A DNA stretch of 64,000 nucleotides from Octopus bimaculoides (lineage: Eukaryota), in NCBI RefSeq assembly GCF_001194135.2, contig NC_068997.1:31825924-31889923 (forward strand), read 5' to 3'. Position numbers and translations under genes: made by a program. The notes beneath the pieces are model-generated. The model saw nothing but the letters and a program-made list of their open reading frames with translations. It was not told the DNA's origin and searched no databases. Below are positions 40,610 through 56,138 of the stretch, one piece after another; the stretch's first letter is position 1; the number at the start of each line of letters is the position of its first letter.

Positions 40610-43600
40610 CTTTATGAAACTGTTTAAGTTTAGACATTAATATAAGTCAGTTTGAAGTTTCTTACCTGTCCATAAAATCATTGAGATATTTAAAAGCAAC
40701 TGAATTATGATTAGGCCAGGAAGAATCTATTAGTAAAAGGTCTTCTTCAGACAGATCTGACATTTCTTGTTGCTTGGTAACCTTTGTAGAACTAGTGGTA
40801 TTTATTCTCTCAAACCTCGTTTTATAGATGTTTCTTTCACGTCTTTCAAATAAGGGAAAAAAGAGAAACAAAGACTGGAGTTCATACAAATATATAATCA
40901 AATGCATTCATTAGAGTTTGGAAGAACTCATACTAAAAGCTAAGTGGAGGCTAGCATATCTCATGTAGTAACCCTACCAAAACAAGTTTAAGTAACTAAG
41001 GTTTCACACAAACCAAACAGAAAAACTGTAAGCTCTTATGAAAGCTAAGCAGGCAATTCTGAAATAAAATCTGATTAAAAATGAAATGGAAGTTTTTAAC
41101 ACTGACAATTCCAAACATAGTGACAAAGGAAGTATTAATACCAAAAGGTAAAATATCTACCACTTAAAAGTAGATGTAAAACATTAGAACACAGAAATAC
41201 TGTGATATTTACCACGAGAGAAAACTGTCATATGGTTATATGGGGCATAAACATGTTTTCATCTTATTAGACCTCATCAGAATAAGCAATGAATTGAAAT
41301 TTGCATACATGCTATGAGAGGGAATAGCTTGCATTTCAGTAAATGTTTTACATCTTAACTTCACACTTTTTTTTGTTTTTAACTATAAAATATTATAAGC
41401 TTAGTTCTCTCCTCATTATATATTATATTTATGTTTATGACACAAGAAACACAGTGTACAGAAAAAAAATTACATTTGGTTCTTAAATTTGCTTTGAATT
41501 CAAATATAATATGAATGTTGCCCTACCATACATGAACTCTCTCTCTCTCTCACACACACACACAGTTGTATGTTTAATATGTTACTAGGAAAGCAGATTA
41601 AGACACTAACATATATATGCATGTTCATGTTTATGTTTGTGTAAATGTGTTTGTGCATATATTGTATGCATGTGTGTATGTATGTGAGTATACACACACA
41701 CAAGCATTTAAGATTAAAGTACATTTGCTAGTACCACATACGGCAAAGAAAGATGGACAAGTTGTTTATATATAATTATAAATCTGCATGTGCAATATGT
41801 ATAAGTGTATGATTAATCCTTTTGATACCAAACCACCCAATACCGTCCATGGACTTATGCTATAAATAGGATCATATTTTAATATGAACTAAATTAAAAC
41901 CTTCCGTGGAAATTTCATAATTTATGTCCCAAACTCCAGTTTAATAATGATAAAGTTATTTTACTAAATTCTTCATTATTACCATAATTAATTAAAGCAA
42001 ACGCAGTGTATTTTAACAAGAATTTGATTAAGAGATTCACTTCAAAATCACACGATTCTGTAATCATTCCTGCTATGAAGCACTTTCTACTCTTGCCTTG
42101 GTGGCTTTCAATTCCTTCACTATTAATGGAATTGGTAAGCAGAGCTTTAAGATCTTGCTGTACAAGATTCCTCAGCTAAAATTTGCAAACATTTGGGTCA
42201 GTTCTCTGATTGGAGGATAACTACTCCTCTTCTTCTTATCCAATTCAGAGGAACTTGAAAAAATACAATGATAGGTACCACCTTTCCCTTCTTGACCAAA
42301 TAATAAATATAAAAATAATAGAAACAAAATACTCACATTCTTTCCTTCAGCAACTTGACATTTTGGTAGTTCACATCTTCTGCTTTAGCTTTAAAATCAA
42401 GGTAGGTTCCTCGGAATGTTGTACATATTTTTTGAGCCCATTTCAGATTTTCTTGTGACTAAATGACAAAATTGAAACATTAGATTGCTGTTTAGACCAT
42501 GATAGCTCTGACTTCATAAAGGAAAGTAAGCTGAGCTTCTGTGAACACTTCTTTCAGAGCAAGGATGAAGTTGTGAGTCAAATATTAATGCGGAAACTAA
42601 TACATGGAAAGCAAATTAAGAGTTGTTCTGCCAGAACATTTATCAACCAACTGAATGAAGATTCTGGTTTATTGAAGAGCAACCTACTAAAAGCAATGGC
42701 AGTGAGGAAATTTTGAAGTCTGGTGGTTGATGGTACCTGTCTGTGGGCAACGTGGTAGGTAGGGAGCTCTGACTCAGTAAATCTATAATCAGTGGCATTT
42801 TAACCATGTTGATCACATCCTTTTCTGGGACATATGCATCTAGGACTACATTATCCAAGAGTGTCTCTCCCGTTTCAAGTTGATAGGGTGTGATTTGAGA
42901 GATATTTATTTGGTTACTATTTTTAGCTGGTCAAGCAACTATATGGAGGCTCCCTCATTGGATATTCAATGTTTGATTTAAGACAGTAACAGTAAGATAC
43001 ATTTTATTTGTGAGATTCATAAGAAAACATCTTTATCCTTTAATTTTGATTCTCATTATATCTGAATCTCCTCAAGACAATCAATAAAACATCACAATTC
43101 TTAGATTTTCAATATTTTCCAAAGTACTTTGAGAGATGGAACTTGTGGTAGAAGGAGATTCATGAAGAGATGGGATAATATACTGAAGAACGACCTCAGG
43201 ACACTGAACCTTATGGAAGAGATGACAAAGGACTGAGATATCTGGTGCCTTGCAGTCCTCAAGAAGACATGTACTCCCCAGAAGAAGTGTTAATGCTGCT
43301 CTCCCTACTAAAGAGGATCAGCTTGTAAGAGCCCTGTGCCAGTGCCACATAAAAATCACCCATGCCAGTGCCAGCACCATGTAAAAAGCACCTGTTTTGG
43401 TGCCACATAAAAAGCACCCAGTAAACTCTGTAAACTGGTTAGCATTAAAATGGACCTCCAGTTATAGAAACCAAGCCAAATCAGACTGGAACTTGTTGCA
43501 GCTCTCCCACTTGCCAGCTTTGGTCAAACTGTCCAACCCATGCCAGCATGAAAAGTGGATGTTAAATGATGGTCATGATGATGATGAGTGGATTAGATTT

Positions 43601-45761
43601 CAAATATTTCTTCTCCACTAATTGTTAGTATAATTTTAGCTATACATGATACATAACCTCCATACGGGGGGGGGGGGGGATACCCAAAAGTAACCAGAAA
43701 CATTCTCTGTAGGACAAGCCTATTGTAGTTCAGGCTTCCACCACTAGAAGCCACTTCATATGACCCTCAGGCATCAGTCTGCCAACCAGCAGCATTGACT
43801 AGTCATACTGTCATGTTGTGCGTCTTTGTTTTGCAGCACTTCTCCCCTGTTCCTTGATTTTTGTGATGGCTGAAATGAAGGAACAGTCTGCTTCCATGAA
43901 ATTCTGTTTTCTGCTGAGAAAAAGCAACAGCCAAGACAGTTGTCATGCTTCAAACAGCTAACATGGAACCTACCATTAGCAAAACAAGTTTACAGGTGGT
44001 TTTCATGCTTTAGGAATGGCCTCTTGTTGCTTGAAGACCAACCTTGTTCAGGGCAACTATCATGAAAATTTGTGAACTGATTTTGGAGGACCATCGCTGA
44101 ACAATTAACACACTTGTTGATATGACTGGTATGTCCTGGAGCTTCTGCCAACGAATATTGAGTGAGAAATTGTGAATGAAAAGAGTTGCAGCAAAATTTG
44201 TGTCTCACTTGCTTGTGGAAGATAAAAAGCAGCCATGACTGAATGCATGTCATAAACTGAAAGAACAGTTGGAAGTTGATCCAGACTTTTTTCCGAAGGT
44301 CATCACTGATGATGAAAGTTGCTGCTATGGCTACAACCCAGAAATGAAGCAGGAATCAAGTCAATGGAAGCATTCAATGTCACAATGCCCCCAAAAAGCA
44401 TGTCAAGAGAAGTCAACGTCAAGACGATGCTGGTTTGTTTCATCAATGTGAAAGGAATTGTCCATACAGAATTTGTTCCTCCTGGTCAAACTGTTAACCA
44501 GACATTTTACTTGGCAGTTCTGAAACGTTTACAAGACGCAATGAGAAGAAAACACCATGATCTGTGGCAAAGAAGAGAGTGGTGGTTTCATGACGCCAAT
44601 GTGCCTGCACACACTGCCTTGAGTGTGTGCAATTTTCGACCAAAAATGGCATGACCCCATTTACCCACCTTCCCTATTTACCCAATCTTCCTCTCTGCAA
44701 CTTCTGTTTGTTCCCCAAAATGAAAAAAAGTTCCTAAAGAAAAACGTTTTTCAGATGTGGAAGAGGAAGAAAAAAAAAACGACCAAGACGTTAAAAGGTA
44801 TCACTCCACATGAGTTCCAGGACTACTGGAAAAAGCATCTGGATGAATGCATTGTTTCTAATGGAGAATACTTTGAAAGCGATGAGTGTAAACATGTAAA
44901 GCTAAGTAAATAAAATAATATTGCAAAATTCCATATATGGTAAAAAAAAAAAAAAACTTTTGTTTCCCAACAAACATAATAGATGTTGCAGTTATAACAA
45001 AAAACAAGAAAGCAGGCTTTTCATGGGTAAATGTTACAAACTTTTCCTATAGAAACAGATGGAAGAAAAGTTTAATTCACTTACAGTATCTGGGTCTTCA
45101 AGAATGTTATCATTAATCATGCTTTCTGCTTTGTTTATAAGGAAATTACAAAGTAGTTGAATGGTTAGGCTGAATTTACTTTTCTGATGGCAATACCTTT
45201 AAAATCATAACAGATTAAATGGAATCAGTTAAGTTTATAAATAATCAAACAGCTTTTAAGAATTGATCAAACCAAAAGGAATAAGTTTGCTTTGCTAACA
45301 TCTCTGGTAAATAAAAGAAGATGGAAAGTTATTTCGATAAGATTGATTAGAAGAAAAGCAAATGAAAATCTCTTATAGTTGGTATTGAACAATTTTAGTG
45401 AAGATTGAAGAAAATGATTTAATCATTAGCTTAAGACAGCTGGGGCTTTTACTTAAGTTTGAACAATGTTAAAATCTTTTCTTATTTCCATCGGATATCC
45501 AGTTAATTCTTGTTTTGCAAATAACTATAATATGTATGCAAGATCTTATAGATGCCATCAGCATTATCGTTCAATGTCCACTTTTCCCTGTTTGCATGGA
45601 TCAGAAGGAATTCCAGTGAAATACATTTTTCAGGGTTGGATGCTGCTTCCTTTCACCAGCCCTCATCTGTTTCCAGACAAATTAATATTTCCCCATGACA
45701 GAATATGTTTCACAGAAAAACTGGAAATGAAGGACACTGCTTTTATGACACTGATGACAGA

Positions 45762-45794
<33 letters not shown>

Positions 45795-48700
45795 TTCGTT
45801 TATATATATAAAACCACTCTCAACACACACACACATACACACACATTTCGTTTATATATATAAAATTACTCTCAACATACACACACATATACACATGGCT
45901 ATGATGCTCCCCCATTACTCCTGCTCATAATCAGAGATGCACATATTGTCAGCCACTAAGGTACATGCTCAAGTGGTTAACGTCAAGCAACTGACAAGCA
46001 AATCTGTGGTATTGAGCAGAATATTTACTATAATGATATTTCTGCTTCAGCAATTCAGTGCTGATTCTGTCTGAAATATAATGGAAGATAGGTCAGTTTC
46101 AAAACATTCATGTCCAGGTGACTGACAAAAGCAAAGTTTGAAGGGAATAGTAGTCATTTCCTTTGATTTCTATCTAGAAGCAAATAGGAAATAACACTGA
46201 CCAAAGACAAAAAAAAATAGAAATTTTGTTACACAATGTAATCGGCCAGCTTGGTCATAGGTAATCTGTGGCTAACTAATAATAAAACTTTCTCAAATGG
46301 AATTCAGTTCACATTAAACACAAATCAATATCAAGATGAAACAGCAAGAGAAAATGTTGTTCTAGATATATTTTGTAGAAACAATGGCACAACATGGTTC
46401 TAGGACAGTTGTGTACTGGACATTTGCATCCCAGACAATTGCATCCCCAGACAATTGCATCCCCAGACAATTGCATCTCTGGACAGTTGTGTCCTTGCAT
46501 TATTTTGAAATTTTACTTATCTTTTTTCAGGTGTATTTTTTGTTTATTTGGAATAGTTGATTATCAAAGCTAATTGTAAATAAACACATTTAATAACTCT
46601 AAACAAGAGAGTAAGTAATAATAAATATCTATAAAAGGAATAAAAGAGATAAAAGAGTTTAAAATTTATAAGTTTATTTTAGTTTAAAAAATGAAAACAG
46701 ATTAACAATATTAAAAAATATTTCAAGATTTTAAAATTATTGTAGTTTCACAAATAAATCAAAAGGTGTGAATGTTGTGAGCTATTCTTTTCAAGAAATT
46801 TATCTTGTTTTCAAGAGTATACTTATCTAAAAACACCATGATTCACTTAGTTGCAGTTTTATTTTTTTGCCGTACTAGAATTCCTCTTTGAAAGTCCCTT
46901 TTTTTTTCTTTAAGGCAATAGCCTCCTCCTTTTTCAGTGTCTCAATCAATTTCCAAATAGAGGGGTGTTGACACAATAAAGAATATTGCAAAGCATTGTG
47001 CAATCCCTCTAAGATGATCTAGATCTAGGCATCTGATTTATTTATAACCCTTTCTCAAACATTCCAAGACTCAATAGAAAAAATTGGTTCCATCCTTGTC
47101 CCTCTCCGGCCACTTGCTTGGCCAATGTATGTCATTTCAAAATAGACAGTAAATTCTGGAGGCAAATCACAGTCATCGGACAAGTCAATAAAATCGTTGA
47201 CAACATCAATTAAAGAGAGAAATGATAATACAGAAAAACACCTAATTTTCAAATTTTATACCTCCTCTCTATACTGTTTTAATCCTATGTCATAGATTTT
47301 CTTAAAAATAGACTTAGATAAATGGAAGAGACATGAACTTATTGTTACTTCTGGAAACTTTTCTACAAAACCTTTCTGAGCTCCTATTTCAAAGATTGTC
47401 AACAAAGAATTTGGATTAAGTTGCAACAAATATGTGAATAGGTGAACATATGTGTCCTTTTTCTTATCTGGAAGAAGGGCAAAAGCTCTGGGTATACTAA
47501 TTGTACTTTATTGGATATGAATGCAATATAGCTGAAAATATATTGATGGACTGACTTTAAAGGTACCATCTGCTGCCCAGTTAGGAAAATTTATCAAATC
47601 TTCTAAGCCATCTTCCATCACAAATATTAGTATTCTATCCTCGTCATCAATGCCAGAGTCAAATGCAAGGAACTCCTCTCCACTTGCAAGGAAACAGTAA
47701 GATTCTGGTATCTCAAAAGTATTCCTTCGCCATGGAATTGGTGTTGCATCTTGTGATTTTTGTCTCTATCAACATACATTTATTCCCATTGATGGTAAAG
47801 ATGGCATGTGGTTAATTGAAAACTGATCTTTATTAGCGATTGTAGCTCCAATAAGATTTCTTGCTGGTTCGCATACTGAAATTGAAGTAGTTTTTAAGCG
47901 TGACATAACTTCTTGTGCTCTAACTTTAGCAGCTGAGGATCCATAGTTATGTTCATTACATTGTGCCGTGACTGAGTCATTCACTGTATGTATTCTTGCT
48001 TTGCAACATTGCTCTACACATCTCTATATGTTTTTGTTTCATTGGCATTTTTCTTATGATAGTGGTAGCTGTAATTTTTCTCATCAAGAAATATCTTTCC
48101 ACCAGTGTTAGATTTTATTAAATCCAGGATGTATTAGACGTTCACAGTTTGTACTGCTCGAGTTAACTAAAATGGATAGCTTAAATTTCTTTTGCTTTAA
48201 AAATGAATATACCTTTTGTGTTGGTGTACAATTATGGTAACTACCTATTTGATTAATGAGCTATAACGAGCAATTGTTGGAAAGTATACTCCTCAAAAAA
48301 TAAGTGTATTAAAAAAAGTAAACAGGCATAGCTGAGTGGTAAATAGCTTGCTTCCCATCCACATGGTTCCGGGTTCAATCCCACTGCATGGCACCTTGGG
48401 CAAGTGTCTTCTACTATAACCTTGGGCCGACCAAAGCCTTGTGAGTGGATTTGGTAGACGGAAACTGAAAGAAGCCTGTCATATTTATACTTGTGTGTGT
48501 GTCTGTGTGTGTTTGTCCCCCCACCATCACTTGACAACCGATGTTAGTGTGTTTATGTCCCTGTAACTTAGCAGTTTGCAAAAGAGATCAATAGAATAAG
48601 TACTAGGCTTACAAAGAATAAGTCCTGGGACCGATTTGTTTGACTAAAGGTGGTGCTCCAGCATGGCCACAGTCACATGGCTGAAACAAATAAAAGAATG

Positions 48701-51700
48701 TAAAACATTTTTTTATGATAAAAAATTACCAGAAGTACGCATTTATCCAGGGACTCATTCGTCTAGGGATGCAAATGTCCAGGGTTGCAATTGTCTGATA
48801 TGCAGTTGTCCAAGATGTAAATGTGCAGTATGCAATTGTCTGTCCACTGGCACAACATTAAGTTGACAGCAGGTTATCTGTAAAACTTATTACTAGTTGA
48901 AATCATTTTGCTTAAGTCTTTAAATTCAGTCAGGAAGACAAAAGCTGCATGATTATAGAAGAAATGATATATATTATAGGCATAGGCAATGTTGTGAGAT
49001 TAAGAAGTCTGCTCCCTAAACAATGTTGTCCTGGGTTTAGTCTCACTGTGCAGTACCTTGGGTAAATATCTTCTACCATAGCTCCGAACCAACCGAAGCC
49101 ATGTGAGTGAATTTGATAGTCAGAAACTGAAAGCCTGCTGAGTGTGTGTGTGTGTACATATGTATGTATGTATGTATGTATGTATGTGTGTGTGGTGTGT
49201 GTGTGTGTGTGTGTATGTACATATGTACGTATGTACGTATGTATGTGCATGTGTAATTATGTGTACCCTTGTCTTGACATCATGATCGTAAATGAGCATT
49301 GCTGTCATACAAGCAATGTTGTTCCATTTCAATCTTCTGCGAAAAACATGTCTAGATATAACCTTACCTCGAGAAAAGGTAAGGGTTGGTGACAGGAAGG
49401 GCATCCAGCATTAGAAAATCTGCTTCAGCAAATTCCATCTGACCCATGCAGACATGGAAAAGTGGATGTTAAACAGTGATGATATTCTTTCAGGCCAAAC
49501 TAAAAAAAAAGGGTCTCTGCAGCTTTGTTAAGCTATACATAAAAATATTCAGGAACAAGAGTGTATTGTTGTATTGTTTATTTTGCTTCAATCAGCTACG
49601 CTGTGGAGGTGAGTACAATCAGCCATTTTAATTCCCAGACTTCTTTCCTGCCTAACCAGGAGTCCCTTCTCCGTGGACCAGCTTGCTAGCTAGCCCGCAG
49701 TGAAGGTTCCTGTCTATAGTTTGTCTGTTATGAGTCCACAAGCAGTGCCTTACATCACCTCTGAAATATTAAGACTAACTGAATGTACCAACTCACTGTT
49801 GAGAAATGCGAAGAAAACTATTATTATTGCTACAGAATTAGTAACCTTATAAGGCGGCAAGCTGGCCGAAACATTAGCATGTTGGGCAAAATGCTGAGCA
49901 GTATTTCGTCTGTCTTTACATTCTAAGTTCAAATACTGCCAAGGTCGACTTCGCCTTTCATCCTTTTGGGGTTGATAAATTAAGTACCAGTTGTATACTG
50001 GAATCGATCTAATTGACTGGCCCCCTCCCCCAAAATTTCAGGCTTTGTGCCTAGAGTAGAAGGGAATTAGTAACCTTTTATAAATTGTTGACTTTCATAG
50101 CTGTTTCTTTTTATGAAATATTTGAATAGCAAATATCAACTGTTGATTCTCTATTTTGTACATTTTAACTATTTTGTATTAATAATTTAGATTCTCTTTA
50201 AAGAATATGAGGCGGTATCAAAAACTTCCTGGACTAGTTCTGTAGCACACCTACAGATGGCAGCACATGGTTGCATGCACATTGAGAGTAAGCAGAGACC
50301 TTCATGAGGCAGTGTGCTGAGTGACATTGCTGTGTTTACTTTGCAAGTTGTGAAATTTCTGTTTTCATGATCACATGTCCACAATTTTTGTCATGGACAG
50401 GATGATGGAACAAAAAGCCAACATGAAATTTTGTGTTGAACTTAGGAAGTCTGCTACAGAGACATTGAGCATGCTTCAGCAAGCTTACAGCAATGAGGCA
50501 ATTGGTCATACACAATGTTTTGATTGCCATGAGTGCTTCAAAAGTAGAAGAACATCATTGGAAGACAATGAGCGATCTGGAAGACCTGCCATGAGCATCA
50601 CCATGACAATGCACCATCACCAAGCTCTCCTCACTCGTGAGTTTCTCACCAAAAACAACATGGTGTCACTTGTGCACCCACCCTGTTCACCAGATTTAGC
50701 ACCTGCAGACTTCCATCTCTTCCCCAAGAGGAAAATGCAACTCAAGGGCTGCTGTTTTGACATTGTTGTTGAGATCAAGAGTGACTCACAGAAGGTCCTC
50801 GACTTGCTTATGGAAAACAACTTCCAGAACAGATTCCAAAAGTAGCAGAAACACTGGCACTAGTGTATTGCTACACAAGGTGACTGTTTCAAAGATGATG
50901 ATGCTAAAACAAAGGTAAATAAGTTATTTTTTATTAGACATAACTAATCTTGGAACTTTTGATAACTTTGTATGTACTAAAAGTAAGCATAAGAATAAAT
51001 ACTTAAGAAACAAACAGAAAGACAAAAGCGTACAGGTGTGGCAGTGCGGTAAGAAGTTTGCTTCACAACCACATGATTCTGGGTTCAGTCCTATCGTGTG
51101 GCATCTTAGGCAAGTGTCTTTTACTTCTCATCATCATTTAATGTCTATGTTCCATACCTTCAAATATGGTACATTTCTTGGTTAAGGATATTTATGTATT
51201 CCTATCAGCAATCAACTATTTACATAGCTAAAGTATTACCATTTCAAATTGCCCTATAAACAGCACATCAAACAAACTTTGTACTACTTCTATCTTCTCA
51301 GTCAAAATATGTGATCCCAAGTTAACATTACTTTTGATAGCAGAAAACTAATAATCCTGCTCTCAACACTCCATAACGTACCACAAAAAATTATGAAATC
51401 AGGTTCTTCTGTTTCAATCAACTTAATTTTGTAATTACAAAACTACTGATAGCCTAAGATTTTTACATTAATATTTTTTAATCATGCATTTTGCCTGAGT
51501 CTGTAGTTTTGGTTCACTTAATTTGATGAGTAATGATACTTCCTTAGGGATTGCTCAAATTCTCTTTCAAAGCACACTCTACTGTCTCAAAAAAGAGAAA
51601 GTACCACATCGGACAAGGTAGTCCTGGATTTACTAAAATACGGAATAGTCACAGCTAGAACAAATTTGATCATAACACTACTGGAACAAAAGTGACTTGG

Positions 51701-54700
51701 GGTTTAAACAATAAAAACGATTAACAAGTGGTTTGTTGATGCAATACATACAGTGTGAGTTGATGTGATATGATTTGATGTGATATAATTTGGAATCCTC
51801 ATCCCACAACTCAGCTGAGTTTCACTCATCAGAATTATCAATGGAACACTAAAATGACTTACGTTGAGTGCGACCACATGAAGAACAAAGCTTTCATCAA
51901 TGATTCAAAATATAATAGAATCTCTTCTGGTTTTGTGCATTTCTCAATTTTGTTACAGCATCTCCACAAAGATTCAAAGTATGGTATGACTGTTTCACAT
52001 ATTTCAATAACCTATTTAAAAAATTAATTAGAGTTTATTGGCCTTAATTTTAAACAATTCTGAGTTCAAATTCTGCTAAGGTCAACTTTGCCTTTCATCC
52101 ATTCAGGGTTGATAAAATCCATATCAATTGAGCACTGGGGTCAATCTAATTGACCTATCCCTCCCCCCCCCAAAAAAAAATTGCTGGTCTTGTGCCAAAA
52201 TTTGAAATCAACATTAAACATAAGCATTAACCGAATCAGTGACTTTATTTTGTCTAAATTTTGCATTGTTTAAATTATTTAAACTTTTTAATTTTAAAAT
52301 CATTAAGAGATGCAATGAAAAAGGTGTGCCATTACGACATAAAAAAAAGAAAAATCTAACATTTTGGGCTGTATCTTTTGTTAATCAGAGTTGTTTTTTT
52401 TTTGTGGTATTGAATAGGTAGACTGGGAGGAGAGAGAGACTAAGGAAGATTATTGAAATCGCCTTGTATCCTGCAAGACAGAAGGACATCCTTACTACTC
52501 TATATTATCTCCAGTCAGTAAGGACAACATGATTAATAAAGTAGATTGAAGAAAAGGTGATTGCCAAAGATGAATGAGGGTGAGATGTAGAAGAAGAAAG
52601 AGTATAAGGACAGCAAGAGAGTGACTGAGGTAAGAATGTGTGTGAAAAAGGATAGGGAGACACTTGAGGAGTAATAAGAGTAATAAAGAGATACAGTAAA
52701 ACTAGCATGTAATAAGAGAGAGATAGTATGTAGTCAGAGATAAGAAATTTTTGAGATGGTAAGTAAAACCATTTGATAATCACAGGACCAACTCAGAGGG
52801 ATGGGTTAGTGGAATTGTTGGAGTCTCTATTGGAGAAACTGTGCTGTATGCTGTGTGTTCAGAATCCCATCTAAACCACCATTTTAGTGAAGTAACCTCG
52901 TGCAAATGGACTAATAAAACAACACCACCACCAAAAAGAAAGCAAAAAAAAAAAAAACCACACTCAAAAAGTCTATGTCCTTGTACAGATTCGAACCCCA
53001 ACTGTAAAATTATCAGTTTATGGTCATGAGTATGCTACAACTGCTTCAAACAGACAACCTAAAAATCAACCAATCAGCTTGAAGCTATGGCATGAACAAC
53101 ATCTCCAATGATCTGGAGATTTGTGCCCCTTTTCCCTAGTTAAGCAGTCTGGCGCCTAAATCATGGCAGAGACCACTGCTAGCATTCAAGCAAGACAGAT
53201 CACAGCTCTCACCCAAGTTTAACTATTTGCGGTAGATTTGTATCTTTGCTTTTCACTTTTCCTGATAGCTAATGGCTAAGCCAACGCAGTAAAGCTATTC
53301 CTACTCACTATTCTGATAACTAATGATTCTGTGATAATTTATGTATGATACATGCATAAATTTTCTATCAATAAAATCTATTGTTGAACATTTGCAAGTT
53401 TGCTTTTGTTATACTTCATGCAGTCTGCTTGATCTTATATTCAATTAAAAAGGATCACAGCATTAATCCTTCCCACAACCAGCCACGCAATGATCTTCAG
53501 CAAATATAGATATAGCAGCTCATGACATCCTTATTGAGTAGGGACAACCTAAGGACAATAAAGTGCTCAGACAGATGATGGTGATGATGCTGTTGATGTT
53601 GATGTTCACAAGGAGAAGGAATGCACAAAAATTATTTTTAATACCAACAAGAAAATTAGCTAATATAATTAACAATTATTTTCTTTCTTATATCAATCAG
53701 CATAATTAAATGAAGATTACCATTAAATACTTAACAATTTATCCAAAATAACGAACAATTTCTTAATTCGAATTTCAGGTGAAATTTAAGTAAAGGTTCA
53801 ACAAATTGCTCCATACATAGGTTTTACTTTATGTAGAATGCTAGAGCATTAAAGAAGAAGAAGAAGAAGAAGAGGGAGGAGGGGAAGAAGAGGGGGGAGG
53901 GGAAGAAGAGGAAGAGGTGGTGGTGCTCCTGCTGCTGCTGCACCATTTCTGCCAGAAATTTGGAAACAACATGCTGTACTGCTTGGCATTCACACCAGAA
54001 GCTCCAATATGAACATTTCAGAGTGTTTGGACGTCGATCTGAGGACAGTGCAGAGGATTTGGAAAGAGTTGGATGAGTCTAATAGTGATTACAAAAGTAT
54101 AGCAGCTCGGAAAACTCACTCTGATCGTTCTAAGAAAAGAACTCCTGAATTTGTTGGTGACATCCAGACCATGATTGACAACGATCTCTCCAAGTCAACC
54201 AGGTCCATTGCCAGGGACGTCTGAGTTAGTTTTTTATCAGGCAGGTAGTGCATAAAGGCATTCAGTATTTTTCATACAAGATGGGAAAGGCCATTTTTCT
54301 TATCCCAAGCCATCACGGACAAGAGGAAAGACCATGCTACGAAGTTTTTGAACAGACTCAAGCATTCCCTCTGTCTGAACATGCTTTGGATTTTCTCAGA
54401 CAAGAACATTTTCTGCTAGGATCAAACGGTGAAGACACAGAAAAACCGTTTGCTTGCCATGTCCCCAAAACATGTACCAAGACTGATAAAATTCAAACAT
54501 TCAGTCAACATGATGGTGTTTGGAGTGATCACTAGTGATGGCGATGTTATGCCTCCATTCATCTTCCCACACAGCCTCACACTCAACATGGAGGCCTATA
54601 TATATATATAAAAATATATATATATAAAAATCAAAATAAGCAACACGGATTTTAAAGATGATTGCAGTACGCATGTTTTATGCTACTCCATTTATTTAAG

Positions 54701-56100
54701 TAACGCAAGCATTACATTAAATGCAATATGTAGAGCAATCTTCAGCTGCACGAAAATGCAGAAAATTACAGTAGAATAGACATATTATAATTGTGGCAAC
54801 ATTTCAAATCCAAGTGGGAGGAAGAATAATGATACTACTAATAATTATATAAATAGAAGTGAAAATAACAATGACAATAGAAATTATGAGGATAATAATA
54901 TGCTTAGTCCTACCAACCATAATTTTAGCCAACAAATAGAATGCAGCAGTAATGATGTTGTGGTTTTAACTGAAGTTGATGATAGGCTCAACTCCAATGA
55001 AAANNNNNNNNNNNNNNNNNNNNNNNNNNNNNNNNNNNNNNNNNNNNNNNNNNNNNNNNNNNNNNNNNNNNNNNNNNNNNNNNNNNNNNNNNNNNNNNNN
55101 NNNNNNNNNNNNNNNNNNNNNNNNNNNNNNNNNNNNNNNNNNNNNNNNNNNNNNNNNNNNNNNNNNNNNNNNNNNNNNNNNNNNNNNNNNNNNNNNNNNN
55201 NNNNNNNNNNNNNNNNNNNNNNNNNNNNNNNNNNNNNNNNNNNNNNNNNNNNNNNNNNNNNNNNNNNNNNNNNNNNNNNNNNNNNNNNNNNNNNNNNNNN
55301 NNNNNNNNNNNNNNNNNNNNNNNNNNNNNNNNNNNNNNNNNNNNNNNNNNNNNNNNNNNNNNNNNNNNNNNNNNNNNNNNNNNNNNNNNNNNNNNNNNNN
55401 NNNNNNNNNNNNNNNNNNNNNNNNNNNNNNNNNNNNNNNNNNNNNNNNNNNNNNNNNNNNNNNNNNNNNNNNNNNNNNNNNNNNNNNNNNNNNNNNNNNN
55501 NNNNNNNNNNNNNNNNNNNNNNNNNNNNNNNNNNNNNNNNNNNNNNNNNNNNNNNNNNNNNNNNNNNNNNNNNNNNNNNNNNNNNNNNNNNNNNNNNNNN
55601 NNNNNNNNNNNNNNNNNNNNNNNNNNNTAATCCTAATCTAATCAACAATAGATTAGACCTTAGGGTATCGTGTGTACACTGCTCTACTCGCACTTTTAAA
55701 TTTTTTAAAAAGTAGTTTATAAAGTAGTTAAAATTATCAAAATATAGTATTTTAACTTCTACCATGGTCATCTAGGGCTATTAATTAGCACATATTTTAA
55801 ATTGGAAATTGAACCTTTATAACATATATTCCTGATCTCTCACCTTAACATTTAATCTACTTGTGATAAATAAGATTTCAACTTTACTCCATAGAAGATT
55901 TTTTTCACACCACTTCTGCTAATGCTGTTAGTTCTCAATATGTATCTTAACCCTATATAGCTTATAAGAATAGGAAATTTTGGTAAATATATCAGTTAAA
56001 ATGAGATGACAGCATTGACTTCATTTTTGATTACTTTATACAACCATTTATTCACTGCACCCTACCCATACTAGCATGGAAGACAGATGTTAAACGATGA

Positions 56101-56138
<38 letters not shown>

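Noticed and set aside
41245-41292. Minus-strand CTGATGA-ggtctaataagat-GAAAAC hammerhead-like motif
   Set aside because: Stem II is incomplete and no stem I can be formed; too degraded to call.
48324-48400. tRNA-like sequence
   Set aside because: A and B boxes belong to a multi-copy SINE head; no complete cloverleaf.
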